This document shows, piece after piece, positions 39,428 to 48,160 of a DNA stretch of 64,000 bases. Source of the stretch: an uncultured Enterobacteriaceae bacterium (GTDB lineage Bacteria > Pseudomonadota > Gammaproteobacteria > Burkholderiales > SG8-39); assembly GCA_964617355.1 (NCBI GenBank), contig CAZTXP010000146.1, positions 6,371 to 70,370 on the forward strand. Direction: 5' to 3'. Position numbers and translations under genes: made by a program. Every line of letters starts with the position of its first letter. Position 1 is the stretch's first letter. The notes under the pieces were generated by a model, which saw only the letters and a list, made by a program, of their open reading frames with translations, was not told the origin of the DNA and made no database searches.

Positions 39428-40810
39428 TCAGCGCACCTGCCGCCCCTGCAGGAAGATGCCGAGGTCGCGGTCGGCGTCGGCGATGTGGTCGAGCAGCCAG
39501 TCCTTGATGGTCTGCAGCACGGCGATCTCGTTGCCGGGCAGCATGCGCTCGCGCACGTGCGCGATCTCCTCTAGGAGGTGGCCGTGCAGCACGTGGTGCT
39601 CGTCGCGCGCCGGGTAGGCGTAGCGCGCCATGAAGCGCTCCTCGGTGGCGAAGTGGAAGCGCGTGTAGAGCAGCAGCTCCTCGAAGAGGTGCGCGACGTG
39701 GTCCGCCGCCTCGCCGGAGCGGATGGCCTCGTTCAGGCGGTTGGCCATCGCCACCAGGTTGCGGTGCTGGCGGTCGACCTCGGCGACGCCGATCTCGTGC
39801 GCGGCGGTGAACACCAGCCAGGGCTCGCTCGCGCCCTCGCCGTCGCGCGTTTCCGAGAAGGTGCAGCAGTTGCGGCCGCGCGCCTTGCTCGCGTACATCG
39901 CGTCGTCGGCCACCGCGACGAGGCGGTCGATCTCCATGCCGTTGTCCGGGAAGACGCCGATGCCGATGCTCGCGCCCAGCGTCGCCGTGCTGCCGTTGCC
40001 GAGGTCGATCGGCTCGCCGATCGCGGCGAGGATCTTGCGCGCCACCGGCTCGACGTCGGCGGCGTCGTCGATCTCGGCGAGCAGCACCGCGAATTCGTCG
40101 CCACCGACGCGCGCCACGGTGTCCATTTCGCGCACCGCGCGCAGCAGGCGCGTCGCCACGGCCTTGAGCGCGCGATCGCCCGCCTTGTGGCCGTGGCGGT
40201 CGTTCACCGGCTTGAAGCCGTCCATGTCGAGGAACAGCAGCGCGACCTTGCGCTGGCTGCGGCGCGCGGTGGCGATCGCGGTGGCGAGGCGGTCGTAGAG
40301 CAGGGTGCGGTTGGGCAGGTCGGTGAGGCGGTCGCGGAAGGCGAGGCGGCCGTAGAGGTCGGTGGCCGCGTGCAGCTTCGCCACCTGCGTGCGCAGCCGG
40401 TCGATGAGGCCGTAGAGCGTCGCGAACAGCGCGAAGTTGCCCAGCGCGTGCAGCGCGACGAGCTCGGGCGCGCCGTGCACCGCGTCCAGCCGCAGCGTGT
40501 AGTGCGTGCCGAGCGCCGTGGCCGCGAGCACCAGCACCCAGCCGGGGCGTCCGCCGCGCAGCCACGCATGGGCGGCGACCGGGATCGCGTAGACGACGAT
40601 GAAGGGGATCGCCGGGTGCCGCGTCACCTCGAGCCAGCCGATCGCGGCCAGCGGCACGAGCGCGAGCAGCAGGGCGAATGCGTCGAGCGCGAACTGCGGG
40701 CCGGCCGCCAGCAACTCGCGCGGCGCGGGCTCGTCCAGCGGGGCCGGTATCGCGGGGCCGGGCGTAGGCGTGGGCTGGGCGTACATGTGTTCGTCCTCGG
40801 GCCGGGGCAC
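39428..40810 (-). CDS. Membrane diguanylate cyclase (GGDEF) with C-terminal hemerythrin-like domain
   Basis: N-terminal TM helices, GGDEF (RVGGDEFAV), and a C-terminal bacteriohemerythrin motif set (HF..EE.., HxxxH, DWLxxHI). Alternative start ATG 40786. Confidence 0.8.
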   Translation of the reverse strand: MPRPEDEHMYAQPTPTPGPAIPAPLDEPAPRELLAAGPQFALDAFALLLALVPLAAIGWLEVTRHPAIPFIVVYAIPVAAHAWLRGGRPGWVLVLAATALGTHYTLRLDAVHGAPELVALHALGNFALFATLYGLIDRLRTQVAKLHAATDLYGRLAFRDRLTDLPNRTLLYDRLATAIATARRSQRKVALLFLDMDGFKPVNDRHGHKAGDRALKAVATRLLRAVREMDTVARVGGDEFAVLLAEIDDAADVEPVARKILAAIGEPIDLGNGSTATLGASIGIGVFPDNGMEIDRLVAVADDAMYASKARGRNCCTFSETRDGEGASEPWLVFTAAHEIGVAEVDRQHRNLVAMANRLNEAIRSGEAADHVAHLFEELLLYTRFHFATEERFMARYAYPARDEHHVLHGHLLEEIAHVRERMLPGNEIAVLQTIKDWLLDHIADADRDLGIFLQGRQVR

Positions 40811-40935
40811 GACAGGGCGGCGATCCCGCCCGTACTTTCCCGGCTACCGGGGATTACGGCATTGCGCGAGTCGGATTAAGGCCGAACCTTCGAAAGACGC
40901 GGGCCGCGCTTGCCGCGCGTCAACGAATCGGACGC

Positions 40936-41982
40936 TCAGAGCAAGGCGATGTGGTGTTCCCGGCCGGGCCGCACCCGACCGACCTCGACCGCCGGCACGC
41001 CCCGGGCTCGCAGCGTGGCGAGCGCCGCGTCGAAGGCGGCGTCGGCGATGAAGCACAGCAGCCCGCCCGAGGTCTGCGGGTCGTAGAACAGGTCCACGAG
41101 GTCTTCCGGAACGCCGGGCCCGACGTTCACGCCCGGCGAGAAATGCGCGCGGTTCGACTTCATGCCGCCGCTGCGGTTCCTCGAGACGAGGTCGCGCACG
41201 CCGTCGAAGAGCGGCACGCGCGCGGCGTCGAATTCGATCGTCACGCCGCTCGCCTGCGCGACCTCGCTGCCGTGGCCGACGAGGCCGAAGCCGGTGACGT
41301 CGGTGCACGAATGCACCGCATCGTTCCCGATGAGCGCTTCCGCGGCCACCTTGTTCAGGGCGCGCATCGCCTCCACCGCCTGCGCCGCGAGCGCCTCGGG
41401 CGCGCGCCGGCCCTTGATCGCGGTGCCGATCACGCCGGTGCCGATGGGCTTGGTGAGCAGCAGGCGGTCGCCGGGCTTCGCGCCTGCGTTGCGCCAGATG
41501 CGCGCCGGGTCCACGGAGCCCGTGACCGAGTAGCCGAACTTCAGCTCGGGGTCCTGCACCGTGTGCCCGCCGAGCAGCGCGACGCCGGCCTCGCGCAGCT
41601 TGGAATGCCCGCCGCGGAAGATCGCGGCAATGGCGTCGACGCCGAGCACGCCCTTGGGGAATCCGGCGATCGCCAGCGCGGTGAGCGGCCGCCCGCCCAT
41701 CGCATAGACGTCGGACAGCGAATTCGCCGCCGCGATCTGCCCGTAGGTGAACGGGTCGTCGACGATCGGCGTGAAGAAGTCCACCGTCTGCACGAGCGCC
41801 GGCCCGCCCTCCCAGGCGTAGACGCCCGCGTCGTCCGCATCGCGGAAGTCGACGAGGACGCGCGGGTCGCTGTCGAGCGGGATGTCTCCCAGCACGTGGG
41901 AGAGCTCGCCTGCGGCGAGCTTGCTCGCTCAACCCGCGCAGGTGACGAGGTCGGTGAGGCGGGGGGTGTCGGGTGCGGTCAT
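40936..41982 (-). CDS. selD: Selenophosphate synthetase SelD, selenocysteine-containing (in-frame UGA at 41929..41931)
   Basis: ATG at 41980..41982. Reads MTAPDTPRLTDLVTCAG-U-ASKLAAGELSHVLGDIPL.., collinear with SelD GxG(C/U)GxK. Rest of the protein is as ORF 40936..41895. Confidence 0.8.
41896..41928 (-). promoter_or_regulatory. SECIS-like stem-loop immediately 3' of the selD UGA codon
   Basis: mRNA GCGAGCAAGCUCGCCGCAGGCGAGCUC forms GCGAGC/GCUCGC and GGCGAGCUC palindromic stems, starting 1 nt after the UGA. Confidence 0.5.
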
Positions 41983-42188
41983 GGCGTTTGGGCCGAACGG
42001 CCTGAAGGCGAGCGAGGCGGGGCAAGTACGGGTGCGCCCGAGCCCTGGTAGGTCGCGGGGGCTTCACGAACCATGCGCGTGAACGCGCAAAGGTCCTCGA
42101 GCCATTGCAGTTTGGCGAGATCCGGCACCGCGAGGTACGCGCGAATCTGCTCGTCGGTGACTTCGTACCGGTAGTCTTGCGCGTTCAT
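41979..42188 (-). CDS. Small ORF (69 aa) translationally coupled (ATGA) to upstream nucleotidyltransferase gene
   Basis: MNAQDYRYEVTDEQIRAYLAVPDLAKLQW.. The C-terminal half is low complexity; it may partly be the selD leader. Confidence 0.3.
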   Translation of the reverse strand: MNAQDYRYEVTDEQIRAYLAVPDLAKLQWLEDLCAFTRMVREAPATYQGSGAPVLAPPRSPSGRSAQTP

Positions 42189-42679
42189 CGCTTGCCCAGA
42201 TCCTGCACCCGGCGCAAGGCCTCGATGTCGGATGCATCCTTCTGCCGACCGGTGCCGGTCTTCAGCGCCACCAGGTCGTCGATGGCGGCGATGTTCAGCA
42301 TCACGCCGCCGACGTCCTTGGATATGCGGTTCCGGTGCATTTGCTCGAAGGATACGACAGGCCGGACGATCACGTCGACCGTCGGGGACGTCGGCGACGG
42401 CGCGCGCAGGGCGAACGCAATCATGTGCTTCTCGCGTGCCCACTGGTCGAGTTGCGAGGCGTCGCACAGCGACTCGATCGACACCGGCAGAGAAGGGCGT
42501 AGCTCCATGCGCCTCGCGGCGCCGAGGAAGCGCTTCAGGTTCGCGTCATCCATCGCGAGGACGAGATCCACGTCCATCGTCGCGCGCTCGACGCCGTGCA
42601 GGTTGACCGCAAGGCCGCCGACGAGGACATAGTCGACCCCTTCTTCATGGAGTGCGCGGAAAAGGTCGAGGTAGAACAT
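42185..42679 (-). CDS. Nucleotidyltransferase-fold protein (paralog of 55863..56390)
   Basis: MFYLDLFRALHEEGVDYVLVGGLAVNLHGVERATMDVDLVL matches the minimal NTase GG..(x)n..DxD pattern. Confidence 0.6.
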   Translation of the reverse strand: MFYLDLFRALHEEGVDYVLVGGLAVNLHGVERATMDVDLVLAMDDANLKRFLGAARRMELRPSLPVSIESLCDASQLDQWAREKHMIAFALRAPSPTSPTVDVIVRPVVSFEQMHRNRISKDVGGVMLNIAAIDDLVALKTGTGRQKDASDIEALRRVQDLGKR

Positions 42680-42709
42680 CGGATTCCGGCGATGTAGGCG
42701 GTATGCCGA

Positions 42710-43435
42710 TTATCCCAGCAAGTCCATGTCCACGCGGATGAAGTCGCCGCGATAGGTCAGCTCGCCGAGGTAGATCACGGTGCCGGCCGGGGAGCAGAAC
42801 ACGCGGCGCACTTCGGCCACGGGGGCCGATACCGCGATGTTGAGCACCGTGGCCGCATCCGCGCCGGCGGTGCCGATGGTGAGGATCTGCCGCGCCGAGC
42901 CGATGCGGACCTGCTTCAGGTCGGCCAGCACCGGGATGATCGGCTCCTTGCGAAAGCGCCTGGGCGCCAGGCGGAAGATGCGGTCGTCGAGGTAGGCCGA
43001 GATCACCGAATTCGATTGCCGGTCGCTGGCGTGGACGCGACGCAGGAAGCGGTACTTCGGCGCCGGCGTGCCGTCCCCGGGCTCCAGCCGCGGCGTGCCG
43101 AAGCCTTCCTCGAGCGGCAGCACGCGCGGCGCGAGCTTGCGGTAGAGCTCGGCGAGGCCGCGCAGCGAGGTCTCGACGCGCATCCGCGGGTGCACCTGGG
43201 GTTTCGCGCGCACGAAGGTGCCGCGGCCCTGTTCCGGCGCCACCAGTTTCTCGTCGCGCAGGATCTGCACCGCCTGGCGCACGGTGATCAGCCCGACGTC
43301 GAACTCCTTCGCGAGCGCGGGCAGGGTGGGGATCTGCGAGCCGACCGACCAGGCGCCCTTCACGATGCGCTCGCGCAGGGCGTCGGCCAGCTGGGCGTAG
43401 AGGGGGCTGGCGCTGTGCTTGAAGTAGCCGGGCAT
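42710..43435 (-). CDS. GntR-family transcriptional regulator (HTH + UTRA effector domain)
   Basis: SPLYAQLADALRERI..GSQIPTLPALAKEFDVGLITVRQAV GntR HTH. Confidence 0.8.
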   Translation of the reverse strand: MPGYFKHSASPLYAQLADALRERIVKGAWSVGSQIPTLPALAKEFDVGLITVRQAVQILRDEKLVAPEQGRGTFVRAKPQVHPRMRVETSLRGLAELYRKLAPRVLPLEEGFGTPRLEPGDGTPAPKYRFLRRVHASDRQSNSVISAYLDDRIFRLAPRRFRKEPIIPVLADLKQVRIGSARQILTIGTAGADAATVLNIAVSAPVAEVRRVFCSPAGTVIYLGELTYRGDFIRVDMDLLG

Positions 43436-43524
43436 GGAGGGGCCTCGGGCGAAGGATGCCGCAATCCCGGCCGGGTTGACTAATCTGATTAACTATAGAA
43501 CGATTGCCGGAGGAGGAGTCGACG

Positions 43525-44493
43525 ATGCGCGTGCTGGCGAGATGGGCGTCCTTTTGCGTGCTGCTGGCCTGCGGGGCCGGCGGCGCGCTGGCGCAGGAGT
43601 ATCCCGCACGGCCGGTGCGGCTGGTGGTGCCGTTCCCGCCCGGCGGCGTGGTGGACATCAGCGGCCGGCTGCTCGCCGACGAGCTCGCCCGCCACCTGGG
43701 CGGCAACGTGATCGTCGAGAACAAGCCCGGCGCGGGCGGCACGCTCGGCGCCGAGCAGGCGGCGCGCGCGCCGGCCGACGGCTACACGGTGCTGCTCGGC
43801 GGCGCCGCCACGCACGCCTTCGCGCCGTGGGTCTACAAGCAGTTGCGCTACGACCCGGTGAAGGACTTCATCGCGGTCACGCAATTCACCGAAGGCCCGC
43901 TCGCCCTCTGCGTGAACGCCGCGACCGGCGCGGCCACGCTCGAGGACTTCCTCAGGGCGTTCAAGTCGGGCAGCGAGAAGATGAACTACGCCTCCAACGG
44001 CGTCGGCACCTTCCCGCACCTGTCGGTCGAGCTGATGAACCAGGCGCTCGGCACCCGGCCGCAGCACGTGCCCTATCCGGGCGGCGCGCAGTCCGTGACC
44101 GCGCTCCTCGCCGGCGAAGTGCAGTTCACGCAGAACCACATCCCGGTGGTGCAGGGGCAGGTGAAGGCCGGGAAGCTTCGCGTGCTGGCGACCACCGGCA
44201 ACGCGCGCTCGCAAGCCTTCCCGGCGGCGCCGACACTCAAGGAATCGGGCATCGACGTCGTCGCCTCGGCGTGGTTCGGCCTGTTCGTGCCGGCGGGCAC
44301 GCCGGCCGCGATCGTCGAGCGCCTCTACCAGGCCACGGCGAAGGCGGCGGCCGCGCCGGCGCTGCGCGAGAAGATCGCCGCGCAGGGCGACGAGGTGATG
44401 GTCGAGGGGCCGGCGAAGTTCCAGGCCTTCCAGGCCGCGGAACTCGAGAAGTGGCGCCGCGTCATCGCGACCAGCGGCATGAAGCTGAACTGA
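43525..44493 (+). CDS. Bug/TctC-family periplasmic substrate-binding protein (orphan)
   Basis: ATG after GGAGGAGGAG. Signal peptide, then QEYPARPVRLVVPFPPGGVVD. Confidence 0.85.
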   Translation: MRVLARWASFCVLLACGAGGALAQEYPARPVRLVVPFPPGGVVDISGRLLADELARHLGGNVIVENKPGAGGTLGAEQAARAPADGYTVLLGGAATHAFAPWVYKQLRYDPVKDFIAVTQFTEGPLALCVNAATGAATLEDFLRAFKSGSEKMNYASNGVGTFPHLSVELMNQALGTRPQHVPYPGGAQSVTALLAGEVQFTQNHIPVVQGQVKAGKLRVLATTGNARSQAFPAAPTLKESGIDVVASAWFGLFVPAGTPAAIVERLYQATAKAAAAPALREKIAAQGDEVMVEGPAKFQAFQAAELEKWRRVIATSGMKLN

Positions 44494-44509
44494 ACCCGAG
44501 GCACGAGAC

Positions 44510-45976
44510 ATGGATCGCCCGAACATCATCCTCATCATGACCGACCAGCAGCGCGCCGACACCATCGGCGCGCTGGGCGCGCCGTGGATGCGCACGCCGC
44601 ACCTCGATCGCCTCGCCACCGAGGGCGCGGCCTTCACCGAATGTTTCGTCACCTCGCCGGTGTGCGTGGGCGCGCGCGCGAGCCTCTTCACCGGCAAGTA
44701 TCCGCACGGCTGCCAGGTGTTCAGCAACTTCCAGCCGTGGCAGCCGACGTGGGTGAGCCTTCTCGCCGACCGCGGGTACCACTGCGTGAACATCGGCAAG
44801 ATGCACATCAACCCCTACGACGCGCCCGGGGGCTTCCACCAGCGGCTGATCATGGAGAACAAGGACCGGCCGCTGTTCCTCGAAGAGCGCGATCGCGCGA
44901 TCTACGACGAGTGGGACAAGGCGCTGCACGCGCGGAAGCTGACCAAGCCCTCGCGCTACAACCGGCACGCCGCCGACCCCGAGGGCTACAAGCGCGCGCT
45001 CGGCGCGTTCGAGTGGCACCTCGACGCCGACATGCACCCCGACAACTTCATCGGCGACACCGCGTGCTGGTGGCTCGAGGACCGCAAGAACAAGGATCCG
45101 CTCTTCCTGCAGATCGGCTTCCCGGGGCCGCATCCACCGTACGACCCGACGGCCGATGCCCTGGCGGAATACGCCAATGTCGACATCCCCGTGCCCGCCG
45201 TCACCGAGGCCGAGCTGCGCGCGCAGCCGCCGGCGCAGCACGCGTTGCGCAACAACATGTTCGAGTTCAACTTCGACTCGATCGCGTGGCGTCCCGACGC
45301 CACGCCGGCCGACCTGCTGCGCGTGCGCCGGCACTACGCCGCGAACGTGAGCATGATCGACCACCAGGTCGGCCGCATCCTCGCCACGCTGGACGCGCGC
45401 GGCTACCTCGACAACGCGCTGGTGATCTTTACGTCGGATCACGCCGACGCGCTCGGCGACCACGGCCACATCCAGAAATGGACGATGTACGACACCGTGG
45501 TGCGCGTGCCGCTGCTCTTCTGGTCGAAGAACCTGCCGGTGGCGCGCCGCGTGCGCGACGACCTCGTGCAGCTGATGGACGTGGCGCCCACGGTGCTGGA
45601 AGCGGCCGGCGTCCCGGTGCCGGGCGACTTCGAGGCGCGCTCGCTGCTGGGTGCCGTGCTCGGCCGCGCCGACTACCAGCCGCGCGACGCGGTCTACTCG
45701 GAGCTCGCGAAGGACCACATCCAGACCGGCAGCGAGTTCATCCTGATGCGCCGCGACCGGCGCTGGAAGATCGTGCTCTACCTCGACGATCCTTCGGTGG
45801 GTGAGCTCTACGACCTGCAGTCCGACCCGGCCGAGGTGCGCAACCTGTGGAACGACACCGGACTGCGCGCGATGCGGGACGAACTCTCGGTGACCTGCCT
45901 GCGCTGGCTGGCGAACGGCTCGCTGTTCGCCAACCGGCGCGCGAGCCGCGCGCCGCAGAAGGCGATGAAGGTCTGA
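44510..45976 (+). CDS. Cytoplasmic sulfatase-family (type I) enzyme with atypical C-V-G-A-R active-site motif
   Basis: IILIMTDQQRAD, SPVCVGARASLFTG, GKMH. No signal peptide. Confidence 0.8.
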   Translation: MDRPNIILIMTDQQRADTIGALGAPWMRTPHLDRLATEGAAFTECFVTSPVCVGARASLFTGKYPHGCQVFSNFQPWQPTWVSLLADRGYHCVNIGKMHINPYDAPGGFHQRLIMENKDRPLFLEERDRAIYDEWDKALHARKLTKPSRYNRHAADPEGYKRALGAFEWHLDADMHPDNFIGDTACWWLEDRKNKDPLFLQIGFPGPHPPYDPTADALAEYANVDIPVPAVTEAELRAQPPAQHALRNNMFEFNFDSIAWRPDATPADLLRVRRHYAANVSMIDHQVGRILATLDARGYLDNALVIFTSDHADALGDHGHIQKWTMYDTVVRVPLLFWSKNLPVARRVRDDLVQLMDVAPTVLEAAGVPVPGDFEARSLLGAVLGRADYQPRDAVYSELAKDHIQTGSEFILMRRDRRWKIVLYLDDPSVGELYDLQSDPAEVRNLWNDTGLRAMRDELSVTCLRWLANGSLFANRRASRAPQKAMKV

Positions 45977-46001
45977 GGCCGGGCGGGGAGCCCCCCGCCC
46001 G

Positions 46002-46784
46002 CTAAGGCGTCGCCGCGGCCGGCTTGGGCAGCATCGGGTTCTTCGCCGCGAACGCCTCGACCGCCTGCGCGCGATCGTCCGCCCCCGGGTGCGTCGAGAG
46101 GAAGGGCGGCAGCGCGCCGCCGCCGCGCAGCGCGGCGATCAGGCGCAGCATCCCGCGAGGGTCGTAGCCCGCGGCGTGCATCCACTTGAGGCCGTATTCG
46201 TCGGCCTCGGCTTCCTGCGGCCGCGTGTAGGCCCCGTACATCGCGTTCGCCACCGCGAAGTTCGCGGCATTGCCGGCGAGGAATCCGCCCACGCCCGGCA
46301 CGAACTGCGCGATCAGCTGCCCGAGCGCCTGTCCGCTCGCCCGCGCGCCGGCCTGGGCCTCGGCGCGCCCGTGGCGATGCCCGCGCGCGAGGTGCGCGAT
46401 CTCGTGGCCGAGCAGCGCCGCCCACGCCGCCTCGTCGGTGCCGAGCGCCGCCAGCATGCCGAGGTTGACGACCACGATCGGCCGCGACGCGTTGTCGAGC
46501 GTCGCGAAGGCGTTCACCTCGGTGAGGTCCGAGATCAGCACGCCGCGCAGCGCGTAGCCCGCCTGCGCCTGGATGTTCGTCGACGCCGCCTGCAGCCGCT
46601 CGCAAGCGGCGCGATCGACGGTCGCGAGTTCCGATCCGCCCGCGTCGGTGAAGCGCAGCCGCCCGGAGGCGTGGCCGGAGCAGTTCTCGAGCGCCCAGAA
46701 GCGCGCCGACTCGAGCGGGTTGGTCGCGCAGCCGGCGAGGAGGGCGAGGCAGAAGGCGGCGGCGGTTCTCGCGGGCAGGGGCAC
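46002..46784 (-). CDS. M48-family zinc metallopeptidase lipoprotein
   Basis: Lipobox LLAGCA. HEIAHLARGH zinc motif. Confidence 0.8.
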   Translation of the reverse strand: MPLPARTAAAFCLALLAGCATNPLESARFWALENCSGHASGRLRFTDAGGSELATVDRAACERLQAASTNIQAQAGYALRGVLISDLTEVNAFATLDNASRPIVVVNLGMLAALGTDEAAWAALLGHEIAHLARGHRHGRAEAQAGARASGQALGQLIAQFVPGVGGFLAGNAANFAVANAMYGAYTRPQEAEADEYGLKWMHAAGYDPRGMLRLIAALRGGGALPPFLSTHPGADDRAQAVEAFAAKNPMLPKPAAATP

Positions 46785-46826
46785 GGCTCCGGAGCATAAG
46801 CGACTCCGGCGCCGTGCGCGGCCGGG

Positions 46827-47219
46827 CTAGGCCGCCATGCGCTTCAGGCCCACGAACTCCAGCTCCGCGAGCACCGCGACCGCGGCCGCCTGCGCGAGCA
46901 CGAACGCGGTGCCGAGCGCGGCGGGCGAGACCCAGTCGGTGAAAAGGAGCAGCACGCTGTCGGCGGCCCACAGCGCGTTCAGGCCGATCACGATCCACGC
47001 GCCGGCGCGCGGCAGCGTCTCGCGCGTCGCCACCCACAGCACCAGCGCGGTGAAGGGCACGAACACCGCGCCCGCGCCGAGCAGCAGCGACTTCGGCAGG
47101 CCAAGGATCGGCGCGAGCGCCTCGGCGCCGGCGAGCAGCGCGATCGCCGACAGGCCCGAGGTCGCGGCGTCGAGCAACAGCACGCGGCGCAGGAAGGCAT
47201 CGCGGGGGTTGGGGGTCAT
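46827..47219 (-). CDS. Hypothetical 4-TM membrane protein
   Basis: 130 aa, mostly hydrophobic helices. Confidence 0.5.
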   Translation of the reverse strand: MTPNPRDAFLRRVLLLDAATSGLSAIALLAGAEALAPILGLPKSLLLGAGAVFVPFTALVLWVATRETLPRAGAWIVIGLNALWAADSVLLLFTDWVSPAALGTAFVLAQAAAVAVLAELEFVGLKRMAA

Positions 47220-47330
47220 GGCATCGCTCCTTTCAGGTTGAGGTGCGGCCAGTCTCGGCGGCGTCGCGCGGCGCGTCGATTACGCGGCAGGTAATGGCGC
47301 GCGCTCCCCGCGGCGTAACATCCTTGCGCC

Positions 47331-48128
47331 ATGCACACCCACACCAGCACCGTTCGCACCGCGGGCGAGCACCTGCGCGACTGGCGCCAGCGCCGGCGCC
47401 TGTCGCAGCTCGACCTCGCGCACGCCGCCGAGATCTCGCCGCGGCACCTGTCGTTCCTCGAGACCGGCCGCTCGCAGCCCAGCCGCGAGATGGTGTTGCG
47501 CCTCGCCGAGCGGCTGGAGGTGCCGCCGCGCGAACGCAACGCGCTGCTCGTCGCCGCCGGTTTCGCGCCGATGTTCCGCGCCCGCGCGCTCGACGACCCG
47601 GCGCTCGAGGCCGCGAAGCGCGCGATCGAGCGAATCCTCGAAGCGCAGAAGCCGTACCCGGCCTTCGCCGTCGACCGGCACTGGAACATCGTCGCCACCA
47701 ACCACGCGCTGTCCGCCATGTACGAAGGCGTCGCGCCGGAACTTCTCGGCCCCGGCGCGAACGCGATGCGCCTCGCGCTGCACCCCAAGGGCGTGGCGCA
47801 GAAGATCGACAACCTCGCCGAGTGGCGCGCACACCTCGTCGCGAGGCTGGCGCAACAAGTGGCGAACTCCGCAGACCCGGTCCTCGCCGCGTTGCTGGAA
47901 GAAGTGTCGGGCTACCCGGCGCCCGAAGGCGATGCGCACGTGCACGACCCCGCCGCCGCGATCGCCGTGCCGCTGCGCATCCGTACGCCGATGGGCACGC
48001 TGTCGTTCATCAGCACCATCACCGTGTTCGGCACGCCAGTGGACGTGACGCTGTCGGAACTCGCGCTGGAGCAGTTCTTCCCGGCGGATGCGGAGACGGC
48101 GAGGGTGGTGGGGGCGATGGCGGGGTAG
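47331..48128 (+). CDS. XRE-family HTH regulator with MmyB-like C-terminal domain
   Basis: LRDWRQRRRLSQLDLAHAAEISPRHLSFLETGRSQPS HTH, then an MmyB-like ligand domain. Confidence 0.75.
   Translation: MHTHTSTVRTAGEHLRDWRQRRRLSQLDLAHAAEISPRHLSFLETGRSQPSREMVLRLAERLEVPPRERNALLVAAGFAPMFRARALDDPALEAAKRAIERILEAQKPYPAFAVDRHWNIVATNHALSAMYEGVAPELLGPGANAMRLALHPKGVAQKIDNLAEWRAHLVARLAQQVANSADPVLAALLEEVSGYPAPEGDAHVHDPAAAIAVPLRIRTPMGTLSFISTITVFGTPVDVTLSELALEQFFPADAETARVVGAMAG
47938..48128. repeat. Direct repeat copy 1 (3' end of MmyB-like gene), about 97% identical to 53060..53253
   Basis: Encodes ..AIAVPLRIRTPMGTLSFISTITVFGTPVDVTLSELALEQFFPADAETARVVGAMAG. The same peptide is encoded by copy 2. Confidence 0.85.
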
Positions 48129-48160
48129 CCTCAGGTGGCGACAGCGGATGCCGCAATGTG

